Source: Lytechinus pictus (lineage: Eukaryota). Taken from it: 64,000 bases of DNA. Each line of letters opens with the position of its first letter. Position 1 is the stretch's first letter. This document shows, piece after piece, positions 39,795-51,880 of this stretch. The position numbers and the translations under genes were made by a program. The notes under the pieces were generated by a model. It was not told the origin of the DNA. It was given only the letters and a program-made list of their open reading frames with translations, and made no database searches. The DNA lies in NCBI RefSeq assembly GCF_037042905.1, contig NC_087250.1:4838001-4902000 (forward strand), written 5' to 3'.

Positions 39795-40090
39795 GAATCT
39801 CCCTACTGTCAGTGACGTCACATCGGGGACTGCTTCGCCTGATCGAATCTCGTGCACTTTCGGTGACGTCACTTTGGGGACGTACTGTTTGCCTAATGGG
39901 ATGGCCCTGTCGGTAACACCATACCCATGATACCAGGATCTGCTTCGCCTGATTAGATCTCACTGTCAGTGACGTCATATCAGGGACAGCTTCTCTTGAT
40001 GGGATCTTACTGTCAGTGACGTCACATCAGAGATTGCCTTATCTAATGGGATCTTACTGTCAGTGACGTCACATCAGGGACTGCTTCCTA
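39795..40090. repeat. ~47-51 bp tandem repeat (six units) containing CRE palindromes
   Basis: TGACGTCA at 39813, 39864, 39970, 40017 and 40064; one degenerate unit near 39910. Confidence 0.9.
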
Positions 40091-40419
40091 GTATGTTTTA
40101 CAAACCATTCACTCCAGTTAAGTGTCCTGAATGCGCATACTACAATAACTTGTGTACAGATAAGGCACTCTCGCTAGTTTTATATTTGCGAGTATTTATG
40201 TTTCAGTATCATACAAAATGCTAGTCATGTTTATGAACATTATCGCTCTAAACTTTAAAAAGATTTTTTTTTTTAAATAAGAAGAAAAAAAAAACGGGTC
40301 AGGTAAACGATGAAACTGGATCTGTTGGAGACACACACTATTCCGGGTATGAAATAACCAGGATAACTTTTTGTGTGACTTACTGTGGTTTCTTTTTTGT
40401 CTTTGATCGATTCATCCAG

Positions 40420-40506
40420 GCATGCGACTGCAAGGACTGTGGCGACTGCGACTGTGGGAATTGCGATTGTGGAGACTGCGGGAATTGCGACTGTAACTTC
40501 AGCTAG
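40420..40506 (+). CDS. Cys/Asp-rich small protein, last coding exon (ACDCKDCGDCDCGNCDCGDCGNCDCNFS*)
   Basis: T-rich tract and CCAG acceptor end 40419 (phase 0); 10 Cys in 28 aa; repeat units vary at synonymous positions (TGC/TGT, GAC/GAT, GGC/GGG/GGA); TAG stop at 40504-40506. Confidence 0.75.
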   Translation, partial: ACDCKDCGDCDCGNCDCGDCGNCDCNFS

Positions 40507-40843
40507 TCTTCGACACCAGCTGCCTGGGCAGGTCGTGAAAGGTGCTAGATGAATGATATAAACGACAGCTATCCAGGATCAGGACTGGCGAGAAGGACAA
40601 AGAAACTGTTTTTCGACAAAGACCTCCTAGGTTTTCATTTTGCCTGCTAGGGTTGATTCCGCGTAGTTGAGCGAAAACACGCTATTATCATGATTATATG
40701 GACAACAGCTCGAATGACCACATGGACCACAGCCGAGAAGAAAATATGCTGATCACCACAGATCACACCAGTTTGATCTGCTTCGAGTTTGAGCAGAAGA
40801 TATAGATCAATAAACGTAGAGGGCGCGCGTCATGAATGACCTG

Positions 40844-40988
40844 GGGCCCGTTGCAGAAAGAGTTGCGTTTAAACGCAAGCCAAAAAATCAATCGCAAGTC
40901 CCAAATGCACGCTGTTGATTGGTTGAATATCAAGTTGCGCGTGATTTTTAGAGTTGCGATTGATTGCAACTCTTTCTGCAACGGGCCC
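40844..40988. mobile_element. Harbinger-like short MITE in the putative 3' UTR of the Cys-rich gene
   Basis: GGGCCCGTTGCAGAAAGAGTTGC...GCAACTCTTTCTGCAACGGGCCC with CWG flanks. Confidence 0.8.
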
Positions 40989-42009
40989 CAGACCAGTGGG
41001 GCATACAAATGCGACTTATTTTGCCTACATGTATATCGAAATTTTATTCATGGCCAGCGATAGCCGATGATAATAATTTCCAATCGATGCACCTCACTGA
41101 TTTATCAAACAAAATTCATGATACACACTCTTTTCAGTTTGGTTCTGAAGAGTATACAGCTGTATCGCATATTGCATCTTCAAGTCTTTTGCTCCATATA
41201 GAAGCTGCAAATCGATAGCAAAAATAAATAAATAGATAATGTTCTCAATAATTAGACCTCACTGTTTATATGTTACGAAGTTTATTGCAAATGTTACTTT
41301 GAGTAATTATGCAATGTGAAGTTCAGAGAACTATCAAGTAATTTAATAGGCCATTGGGCTGTTGGTATGAAACAAATACCCCTCCCCCTTTTTGTGTACG
41401 TTAGGGATGCTGAATTAAATGAAACGTTTATTAATATATTCGTGTTTGTAACAAAAGTAATTCTATTTTTATATCACCTGTACAATAATGTTCGGAAATA
41501 TTACTAAGTATGAGGCTATATTGCATTATTATAAACAATTTTTTTTTACCTGAAAGCTGAAAATACACTTTTATCAACAGGCCTATATAATATATTTATG
41601 TTTGCATGAAAATACTATGTTGTTCTATTTTTGCGAGCAGCTGTGTGAAATAAGTATGAAAGTAAATTATTATCATTGCAGTTTAATTTAGTTTTAAGGG
41701 GCATCCAGTTGCCTTTGCCTCAAGAATTTGTGTGTCTTGAAATATTGGTGTATTATATTAGCAATATATATATTTCATTTTTTGTATCATACCAGTTTTG
41801 TCTGTATAAAATATCAAACGATACACTGTGTTGAAATTCACTTCCAAAATTTATGATATAAATGAGATCTGTAAAATCAGCTGGTAGAAAATGACACCGT
41901 TCAGATCATTTTCATGGCACTTACATAACAAGCGTCGAGATTTGATAAACAAAACCAACCCCAACCTTAGGTACAAAAATGTTTTTCTTCATCTAAAGCT
42001 AGTATTGTA

Positions 42010-42243
42010 CACAGCAAAAACTGTGGTGTTAAACGGTGTACATAGAGGACAACACCAGTTATTTTACACCGGTGTTAAATTGGTGGTGTTAGTTTTACAC
42101 CTGTAGGTGTTATTACAACACCTATGGTTGTTACGTTTACACTCTGGTGTTATGTTCAATCTCTAGGGTGTTATTTTAACACCTCAGGGTGTGGTCCTCT
42201 AACACCAATTGGTGTCAGTTTTAACACCACAGTTTTTACAGTG
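42010..42243. mobile_element. TA-flanked MITE (CAC termini)
   Basis: TA|CACAGCAAAAACTGTGGTGTTAAA...TTTAACACCACAGTTTTTACAGTG|TA. Confidence 0.8.
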
Positions 42244-42301
42244 TATTGGGAAATAAGCCATAAAACTCATCCCTTTTATATATACCTTCTTTTCTTTTCA
42301 A

Positions 42302-42430
42302 AAATCAAAATGCAAGTGAAAGAAAAAATCCGTACAAGATATATATATATATATATATTGTGGTACCCATGCACTGTATATATATATATATATCTTGAAC
42401 GGATTTTTTCTTTCATTTGCATTTTGATTT
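42302..42430. repeat. Inverted repeat (hairpin) with (TA)n inner arms
   Basis: AAATCAAAATGCAAGTGAAAGAAAAAATCCGTACAAG(AT)n / (AT)nCTTGAACGGATTTTTTCTTTCATTTGCATTTTGATTT; two mismatches in the unique arm. Confidence 0.85.
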
Positions 42431-43229
42431 ATCGTTTTTTTATACAAATATTACGACAATTTCATTGAATATTGTCTTGTACATATTCTACCTGTGTGTC
42501 ATATACTGTGTTAATTGTTCAATTATGTATTGTTTGAAAATATGTATTATAGTGATTTCAATAAAGAAACCCTGTGGAAGGGTTAAAAAATAGAGAAAAA
42601 AAATTAGATGTCATAACTTTCTTATTTGTTTTGATGATTTTCTCTATTCAATCAATTTTTCTGGGGTTGACATATGACCTTCAGCTAATTGTCACAGTTG
42701 TTTGGTTTTGAGCTTTTTGATCGAAAATACTTCTTTCGCCATTTAATTGATATTAATATGAATACAATGAAATGGGTTCTGTTGTATATGAAATATATAT
42801 ATGTTTGAAATAATATTGTAGGCCTATACTATCGGGTGAAATGTTTGACTTATCGAAGCGTCTGTCAATTTTGAGTCAATATAGATATGATTCATAATTA
42901 TTTCCGAAGGAATACATGACTTTGTGAGAGACATGAGAGACTGTGAAACTTTTCTCTTCTCTTCAATTATCTTCTCTACTCTTCCCGTCTGTTCCTCTAA
43001 TTTTCTCTTTGCTTTGCTTCTCCTCTCTTTCCTCTATTCTCTTCTCTTCCTTCTCTTCTCTTCCCATCCCTTAATTGCTTTGCCTTGTCTTGACTTCTTT
43101 TCTCTCTTTTATGTTCATACTACAATGCTTGACGCATGTTTCATAATCATGCAGGTAATTATCGCAGGTCTATTTATTAATTTCATAATACATTTTTTAT
43201 TTGCTGCAATTTTCGTATTATGCCCACTT

Positions 43230-44277
43230 CAGAGACCAAGGAACTGGGATGGGGGCGCTGGGGGCATCACCCCGCTCTGATTGGCCTGGTCAGCCCCCCA
43301 TCATCGTCTCAGCCCCCCCCCCCCCCCACCACTTGAAAACCGTTCCTCGGGCCTTAATTGCGTTACCTGTTTTTGTTGTCTTGTTATAATGCATTTTTAG
43401 ATTAATCCGTTTGTTAATTCGTAAATTTCTTATTTTCTATTTTACATTAAGGTGCATGTGTACTGCATGCGTGCATCGATCTGCGTTGCTATTCATGCCA
43501 AATCAAGGATGACGACGACTAGCTGCACTGCCGTATCTGATGGGCGGGGGGGGGGGGGGGGGGGGGGGAGTGCTTGGGTGCCGGACTTCCCAAACCCCCA
43601 CTCCAAATAAAAAAAAGTTCCACGACCTGAAAAGGGAGAGAGAGAATCAAAGAATCATTCGATCGTTGTATTTTGTAAATGTTTTTGTTGTTATATTTTT
43701 TTCTTATCTTCACCATGTCAAAATGTGATTTTGTGAATGTATTTATACGTTTTTAGTGGCCTGCTTTTAATTGTCTGTATACTTTAGTGAGTGAATATTT
43801 GTATACAGATTACAGACCTCGGGAACATTTCTTTTACGACTGAAATTTGTAAATCATAATGTTTGTACACCGTATAGGGCTATGGAATGCAATTGTAATT
43901 ATTTTGTGTTCTAGATTTCTTTTGTTGTAAAAAATGAATGATTAAATGTCAAGAGCACCCTCTACGTTTTGAAATGAGAACTTTTTTGGAGTCGTTATTT
44001 TGGTCATTTTGTGACAATAATGAAAATAGTGATAGATCAATAGATATTGTAATAAGATAAGGAACTGAAGGGCAGGGAATTTTCCAGGGAGGGGGGGGGG
44101 GGGACATTTTCCATAGGGAAATTCGACAAGCAAAAAAAAAAAAAAATACACAAACAAACAATAAAAGAACAAAAAAAACCAAAACGACGCATATTTATTG
44201 ATTAGGGCTCTCAAGGGGGGGGGGGGGGGGGGGCACGAGCCGGATGTGCCCCCCCCCCCCTTGGATCCGCGTCACTG
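43230..44277. mobile_element. Cluster of degenerate poly-G/poly-C hAT-like MITE pieces
   Basis: Long G/C runs, TTGGATCCGCGTCACTG terminus and GACAAGCAAAAAA motif shared with the 16441 element; boundaries uncertain. Confidence 0.5.
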
Positions 44278-44284
44278 TGCTTTA

Positions 44285-44762
44285 AGGGATGTCCGGGCTG
44301 AAAATATTTATATCTGAATAAATAGAGTAAAATTCACAAAGCAAAATGCTGAAAATTTCATCAAAATCGGAAGTTATTGCATTTTAAAGTTTATCAATAT
44401 TTTGTGAAAACAGTTTAGGTGGGCTGATGTTGTCACATCTCCACTTTCCTCTTTCTTATGTTATTACATGAAATCATAAATGTTTCATGTTTTCATACAT
44501 GTTTAAATGATGTGTCTCCATTATGATGAAATAAGATGCGGCACAAAATAACTGATGCACTTAATCAATTATCAATCCAGTATTGGTAGAATTTTTTTTT
44601 GAATAAACATAATTTCATATAATAAACTACAAAAGAACAAGTGGGGATATGACATCATCAGCCTACCTAATGAATATTCATAAATACATGCCTATAGAAC
44701 TGTTTCACCGGAATAATGCAAATTTGTAAAATTTAATAACTTTGTTATTTGTTATCCGATTT
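44285..44762. mobile_element. TTAA-target MITE, 6936 family, right end truncated
   Basis: Starts TTAAGGGATGTCCGGGCTGAAA; shares GGTGGGCTGATG / CATCAGCC motifs with 6936; lies about 500 bp upstream of the CPTP start codon. Confidence 0.8.
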
Positions 44763-45277
44763 TCTTCTTCTTTTTCTTCTGCATTCGACTTTAATTGACC
44801 ATATAGAAGGACCAACACCATTTTTTATTACCCCCATATCATCAATATACCGAAACCAACAATTCAAACTAATAAACAATATTAATAAACAACAACACTA
44901 CGCAGTATATAGCTACGTCACAATGCATGCAACAAGTGGTCAGGGATTAACACACATTTGTTACATAAGGTCAAATCAAAACAACACAATCAAGATGTAG
45001 CCAGGGTGAGGTATATAAAGTTAATATGTACATAATTCAATCAACAACCGTTTCTCATTAGTCGAAGGTTAACCAAGTAAACAAGCTGGAAAGATGAAAA
45101 CTCTAAATTCTTAGAATAAACAAATCCATTTCGTCATCAGCGAGTCAAGGAAACCCCTTGTTCATGGATGAATCATGCAGCTATTTGCATATCGCATCAT
45201 CGATCGCATGGATATGCATACCAATATTATGACAACGTCTTACTCTTAGTATTCGAAACGAAAACCGTTGAAGAAAC

Positions 45278-45393
45278 ATGGCACCAAACGGGTTCGATTT
45301 GGAGAAAATTCGAAGAGAATTCACGGCAGCCCTTCACGAAGATGGTACAATAGATCTGGACCACTATTTATGCGGGCATTGTGAGATAACAAG
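45278..45393 (+). CDS. CPTP: Ceramide-1-phosphate transfer protein (GLTP domain), coding exon 1
   Basis: AAACATGG start reads MAPNGFDLEKIRREFTAALHEDGTIDLDHYLCGHCEIT plus AG, then donor GTGAGA at 45394 (phase 2). Resembles the vertebrate CPTP N-terminus as recalled (GFxL...L..Y). Splices in frame to the exon at 48842. Confidence 0.9.
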
Positions 45394-46580
45394 GTGAGAT
45401 TTAGAGAATATATTTGTCATTAAAAAATCATGCTTCACGCGATTTCGATTCATCGCAGATTCGCAAGCACAGACATACCGGTAATGTGCACTAGCATACT
45501 AGCTAGCTGGCTGCCGCCCTGCCTTGACTGCACCGGCCGATTTCAGGAAGTGGGTGACTGTAGTGTAAACTCATGCGTTTAAATTGCGTAGTCCCACGGT
45601 CGACTATTGGTGTGTGTGTGTGTGTGTGTGTGGGTTGACAACACTGTCTGTGATGTAAGCTCAAAAGAGAAGAAAACAAAAGTGAAAGAAGGAGGAGGAG
45701 AAAATAAGAAGTTCAAAGAGAGGGAAATGAAGAAAGATTGAGGAGATTTATAAAAATGTAAAATCAATGGGCGTAATTCATTACCGTAATGTCGTTAAAG
45801 AAATTCAGACTGACGTAAAAAAAAAAAAGGGGGCAAGAGATAAATGGAAATGAATAAACCACCAAGCCAGATTTTAAATAAAGACGAGTCTTGGGAGAAG
45901 AAGCTTGGCCTGGCCTAGACCAAAAGCTTCGGTCTCAGTTATGTTGGTTGTTCAGCTGAACTCCGTTGGCTTCACTCACCAAATACAGAGACCGAAGTTC
46001 TAGCGCGATCTGTACAGGGGACTCAATGGCCATATGTTTATGTGTATTAAGTTTGGATAAAACAGGGCAGTGAAGTTGCGCGACAGCCGAGGTAAGTCAC
46101 TGTTTTTGTTCCTTTTAACTTGATTATCCCCGTTTTTTGGCAATTAATGCCAAGAGGGAATGTTAATTTGCATTTCAGTTGCGTTAATTTTCAAAAGTTT
46201 GATTCATTAAAGACGAAAATTGAAGAGCCCCGACGGGGGGATTTTGCATTGTAAGTCCCCTAATGGTGGTTGCACGATAGCGAGCCGTCTGTGTATGAGG
46301 AGAAATTTAAAAAACAAAAAAATGTTTAAAAACTCCTCGAAACAGACGGCTGCCAGCTGTCTAGGCCTGGCCTTGTGGGAGGGGGGGGGGGGTGGAGAGA
46401 AAGTTTGTCTTGTCTTTCTGTAGAACCTCGTAGACCAAATGTTGATTGAAATTGAGTTCATGGCAAAGTTGAAAAGAAAAGGTAGATTTCCTTTTATTCA
46501 AAGTTTTAATGGGGAAGGATGTTGAAAATGAAAGGAGAAACAAGGGGGGGTGCAGAAAGTTTAAGAAAAAGTTGCTTTAA

Positions 46581-46985
46581 AGGGGAAGTTAACCCTGACA
46601 AACAGTTTATTGTAAAAATTGCAGAAAAAATCTGTAAAAATATTGCCAAAGGTTTTAGAAAAATATCAAAGAATAAAAAAGTTATTAGAGTTTTAATCAT
46701 TTGATTTGTGACTTCATAAATATGCGAGCAGCTTTCCTACAAATCGAATGGTAAAAAATCAAAGAAATGTCATTTTCTCAAAATATTGAAAATGGATTTT
46801 ACTGTACTGTCCCTTCAGTGCATTTATTTTAATAGCAAATGGGGCAGCCGCTCGTTTTAATATGACGTCGCAAATCCCAAACTTAAATTTCTAGTAACTG
46901 GATTTTCCTCAAACCTCCACTAATATTTTATTATTATTTTTCTGCTATTTTTTCAACAAACTTTTCTTCAGGGTGAACTTCCCCC
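46581..46985. mobile_element. TTAA-target MITE in CPTP intron
   Basis: TTAA|AGGGGAAGTTAACCCTGA...TCAGGGTGAACTTCCCC; related partial copy at ~3972-4428. Confidence 0.8.
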
Positions 46986-47434
46986 TAGTCCACGTCCTGG
47001 ACGATTTTTATTGATTGGGCAAACCAAAGGGGCAAACCCTATCGGACCGTACCGATGCCAGTGCGCGCACACATAACCAACACACACACGCCCTCCACTG
47101 ATTCACTTACCCCCAGTGATTCGCCTAACCCAGTGATTCACCTAACCCACTGATTCATTTTCCCCGAATTCAGGGGGTGTGTGTATGCGTGTTCTCGGGA
47201 TGTAGTGTGTTATGTGTTTGGTAGTCGTATCGTACCAAATAACAACAGTCCAGGAGGTGGACTAACTTCCCCCTTAACGTGGGGCCATTATATACCCATC
47301 GTAAAGCATACAATGTTGATCCTGTGTTCATGTAGATCTATAGAAGAATGGCCAACTAAAAGTGCATTCAGTATTCATCAAAGAGAATATGGTTTTATTC
47401 GGTTTCAAGGTGATTCCTTTTGAGCTGTCTTTAA

Positions 47435-48022
47435 AGGAGAATGAAACCTTTGGAACAAGATAACGTGTGTGAAAACAGAAAAATCAAAGAAACAGATCAA
47501 TGAAAGTTTGAGAAAAATCTGACAAATAATGAGAAAGTTGTGAGCATTTGAATATTGCGATCACTAATGCTAAGGATATCCTCACATTGGCAATGCGACA
47601 AAGATGTGTGATGTCACTTGTGAACAACTCTCCCAATTACTTTAGTATATATTTCGCTTAAATTGCCTCTTTTATCATATCTATCAGTAGATCATGTGAT
47701 CTTTCTATAGGAGGGCATGTAATACAGATTTTCAAAGAATACATCATGGATAAAGAGTTTCTATCACCATAAGAAAAAGCAAAAAGAGACATTTTGGGGG
47801 TATTTTATAGTCCATCAAAGGGAAAGTTGTTCACATGTGACATCACACATCCTTGTCGCATTGCCAATGGGAGGATCTCCATGGCATTTATAGTGATTGC
47901 AATATTCAACTGCTCATAACTTTTTCATTATTTGTCCGATTTTTCTCAAACTTTCTTTGTTCTTATTCTTTGATTTTTCTGTTTCGACACAAGCTCACTT
48001 GTTCCAAGGGTTTCATTCCCCT
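47435..48022. mobile_element. TTAA-target MITE in CPTP intron
   Basis: TTAA|AGGAGAATGAAACC...GGTTTCATTCCCCT|TTAA; ~200-bp inverted arms. Confidence 0.9.
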
Positions 48023-48841
48023 TTAATGAGGGATGTTAATAATAACTGGAGACTTTTAATTCTATGGACACCCATGCATTCTTCCTTCAAAATGCAATAT
48101 TAGATTTAATGCGATTTATAATTTCAGTTACACTCAGAACTCCTTTATGTAATTAGATCGGTCATAAGGAAAATCTTGGTGTAATTTAATCTATTAGTTC
48201 AGTTCAGTTCAGTTCAGTTCAACTTATTCAATTCCAATATTAAAAACATTTAATAACACATTGGATAAAAAATGCAATTCAAGATAAAATAAAGTAGTTC
48301 AATGGTATGTACATGCATATTGAATAGAAAAAGTATTGAAATTAGGTATAGCTGTAAAAAACCATAAAGGTCTTGTCAAGACAGCTCCCTTAATAACATA
48401 AGATTTGATCAATTAATAAAAGCGGAGAACAATTCAGTAAATATTCAGTAAATAAAAATGAATTGCGTCTTACACCAAGACAAACCCAGAACAAACATAC
48501 ATGTAAAGGGTAGAAGAGAATGAAAAGCAGAGGGGGGGGGGGGATTGAGAGTGAAAAGAAGACAAAAATCATTTAAAATTCAACGAGAGTCATGTTTGAT
48601 CAAATATAGCTTTACATTGTGCTTAAATCTGTTATAAAATGAAATTGAGGTTATACATGTAGGGAGTATTGAATGCATAAAAAAAATTATCTACTCTTTG
48701 TATAATATCTTTGTATGTTCATATTTTTTGTAAACGTGTATATTTCAGCGACTGGCTGCCAATCCTGTATTGCCAATAAACGATTACTATTCTATTATTC
48801 TATTCATACCATTCAATTTGTTTTCATTGCTTTCTCTGTAG

Positions 48842-49358
48842 ATTGCTATCACTCCTGGGTACAGTGTTTGGCTTTGTTGCATCTGACATGAAACACAAAT
48901 GCAACATCATCGACGGCCATCGAGAAGACCATCCTGAGGAATTCACCACCGTCCAGACTATGATCGATTACGAGATGCGGGAGAATCTCACGGCGCGGAA
49001 GGACGAGAAAGGGCGCGACAGCGGCTGCCGGACCTTCCTCCGACTTCACAGAGCGCTCGAGTTCTTCTGCGTCCTCCTCAAACGGCTGAAACCCGCCAAG
49101 GGGACGGACCCAACGTCGACTCTCACGTCGAAAACGTACGGGGAGACGCTGGGGAAGTACCACCCGTGGTTCGTGCGGCAGATGGCGTACCTCGCGATCA
49201 AGACATTGCCGAACAAGCAGCAGCTCATTCATCGTTATTGTTTGCAAGACGCGGAGGAAGCGCAGGCGTTGGTTATACTCTCGCTTCAAGCGATGGAGGT
49301 GGTCTACGACAAAACGCAGGATATCTTGGCGCACCACGATCTACTCAATTTACCATAA
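48842..49358 (+). CDS. CPTP: Ceramide-1-phosphate transfer protein (GLTP domain), coding exon 2
   Basis: Polypyrimidine tract and TAG acceptor ending 48841; phase matches exon 1 (AG+A=Arg). Contains LGTVFGFVASDMKHK, SGCRTFLRLHRAL, YHPW and C-terminal LLNLP, typical of CPTP/GLTPD1/ACD11. GC-rich coding composition against AT-rich flanks. Confidence 0.95.
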
Positions 49359-51486
49359 CCCTTTCTAATAGCCCCAAACCATATTTATATAATACACCTG
49401 TTTTAAAAGCAACTGAATGTTATTGTGGGGAATAAAATGTGTGTAAAATGTCAATGCCTAATGTCAATTTTCACAAGTCTTTTCCAGTGTTGATGCCCAC
49501 TTCTGCCAAAAAGATCTTGTACGAGTACTACTAATTGAATTGTATATATTTAGATTGCATATCTTTCACAAAATGTAATGTATATGTATGTTGTGGAAGG
49601 CCTTTTGCCCGTAGATGATAAAAAAGGGTTGCCGCAGTTTGACTTTGACCTTCGATTGGGGATGGGCAGTACGCAGAGACCGAACCCCTTGACCCTAGCA
49701 ATGGAAAGGGAAAATGATGTGCTATGGCAATGCAAGCTGAATTCTATTACGTAGGCTGGTATGACCAACTGCAACTTCTGCAAGTGCTATGAATTTTTTC
49801 TATCAATATCATGGGTGAGGGTCATTTCTTTCCTTCTTTTTCTTTCATTGTGCTTATTTTTCTCATTTATTTTGATGTACCATGAAGTATTGAGGCTTAT
49901 ACTAGTATCTTTCATTGTACCCTAGAACTTTTCAGAGTTTTGATGAAAATATTGTTGTATTTTTATTCTATTGAACGTTTATCAATGCCAACTACCACAT
50001 CTTAGAAGTATATGTGGATGTTTTTCCATGTTGCCCATAAAAACGAAAACTAAAAAACCTTTAAAAAAATATCATTTTTAGAGAGTATATGTATGTGTAG
50101 CCTCAAATTTTGCGATCTCTGTAATCGCCCTTAAGACGACAAGAACACACTTGTTGAAACGTCGAGATTGGGTGGTCCTTTTCAGGACCAACAATTGCCC
50201 AAGAAAGATTATGTACGGTGTACCGTGAAACCTACATGTACTACACTATTCTTCGTCACCATGGAAACCTTCAGAAGTTACAGAATGTACTTGTCACGTA
50301 GCAAAGAGAGGGAAAATGATGCTTCCTGTGTTTCAAACAAGAATATTAGCTGAGAATCTCTTTCTTTGGTTATTAAGAGCGTACTGCTTTGTAAACAACT
50401 GAAAATTATTGGCATGATTTATGCTTGTACACTTGCATAAAAGTCATTGGTTTTTAAAATGAGTCACATACGTGAACCCTATAGTGCAATTGTGAATAGA
50501 GGCTTTGAAGTCAAGTTATTTTTTTCTGTATCACTTTTTTGCATATATTTTAATCATTATTTTTATTATGAAACTATTGTATGGATTAAATTTTTGTCTA
50601 CTTTTACATGAGATATGGTGTGGAATGATTTTTAAAACTATTGTTTTATGAATTATTTGTAGGAGAGAAAGCCTTTTGAATCTGACCACTCATGCAATGT
50701 GAAAATATTAAAGGTCAAATTATATGCGTTATTGCGTACATACTAAATTTTGGTTGTACGGACCGTATTGAATTGGACTATCAAGCAAGAGACAATTGTT
50801 GCACATGTATACATGTATGGTCATATAGTGATCATGATGTAATGTTGAAAGCCTTTCAAATCCTTATTTATTTAATTTTTTTTAGAATTCCTATTTTAAT
50901 TGACATAGCTTGCACTGTACATTGTATTTCACTTCGACTGCACAATCATCTGTTTTAAATACTGTAGTTTAGCGTGGCCGCACAAACTAGGAGTTTGCAG
51001 TTAAAAAGAGAGAAAAAATCTTTTTAAGTACTGAAAAGGAGGCAAATGTTGACAGCTGTTGGAATTGATTATTTTTTTGCCCGTTAAATATTTGATGCGT
51101 TAACTGTCAAACAATTTTCCTTCCAGCATGGATGCTTGGAAAACTTTTGGAAAACCATCCCCCCCCCCTTCCAAAAAGGCAGGCCTACGTGTATATATAT
51201 GCTTGTATACAGGCTTGGACATGTAGGCCTACAGAATAATACAACTACATGTAAATTATGGGAAAACTGAATAGTTTAAGGAAGTATTTCGCCCAATCTG
51301 CCCTACAGATATGTTGAGAAAAGGAAGAAAGCGACAAGGGGTGTAACTTCCTGTATGTGTCAAAAGAGCATAAATGTGCCTGCCATTTGTGTGCACATGT
51401 GTGTGTTCTGTACACATTGACACCAATCCAATGCGTTAGCTTGGTTGAGCAGAGCTGCTCTACATATATTTCATTATCAGTATTAA

Positions 51487-51880
51487 AGCTAAATGAACGT
51501 AGTTGCAGTAAAACACTGATTTTGTGAGAAAGTCTGTAAAACCAAGGTAAAGTATTGATATATCATCGTGGATCTAGATCTGGTACAGTTACATAAACTG
51601 AACTTTGTGAAATCATAATATCTAGCTAAAAAACGATCACAGTGAAGATCGCCAACACAGATAGGCACACGTGGGACAGTGTATTATTATTGCTGGAATA
51701 AAGACCCGACGGAAGTGACCGAATCCGCGCTTATTTTGCTTATTTCTCAGCAATTACACAATTTCTTCCAGAATCCTTTGGCACATATTTTTTATTCATA
51801 CAAACAGACACTTGGGTGATCATTATATTAAATTCTGTAAAAAGTCATTTTGAGATCGTTCCCACAACTGGAATTTATCT
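51487..51880. mobile_element. TTAA-target MITE with short TIRs
   Basis: TTAA|AGCTAAATG..TAGTTGCAG...CAACTGGAATTTATCT|TTAA; GATCTAGATCTGGTACA motif. Confidence 0.75.

Noticed and set aside
39795..40090. CRISPR-like repeat/spacer appearance
   Set aside because: The intervening sequences are homologous to one another, the context is eukaryotic and no cas genes are present.
48849..49337. 162-aa antisense ORF
   Set aside because: Shadow of the GC-rich CPTP exon; no recognisable protein features.
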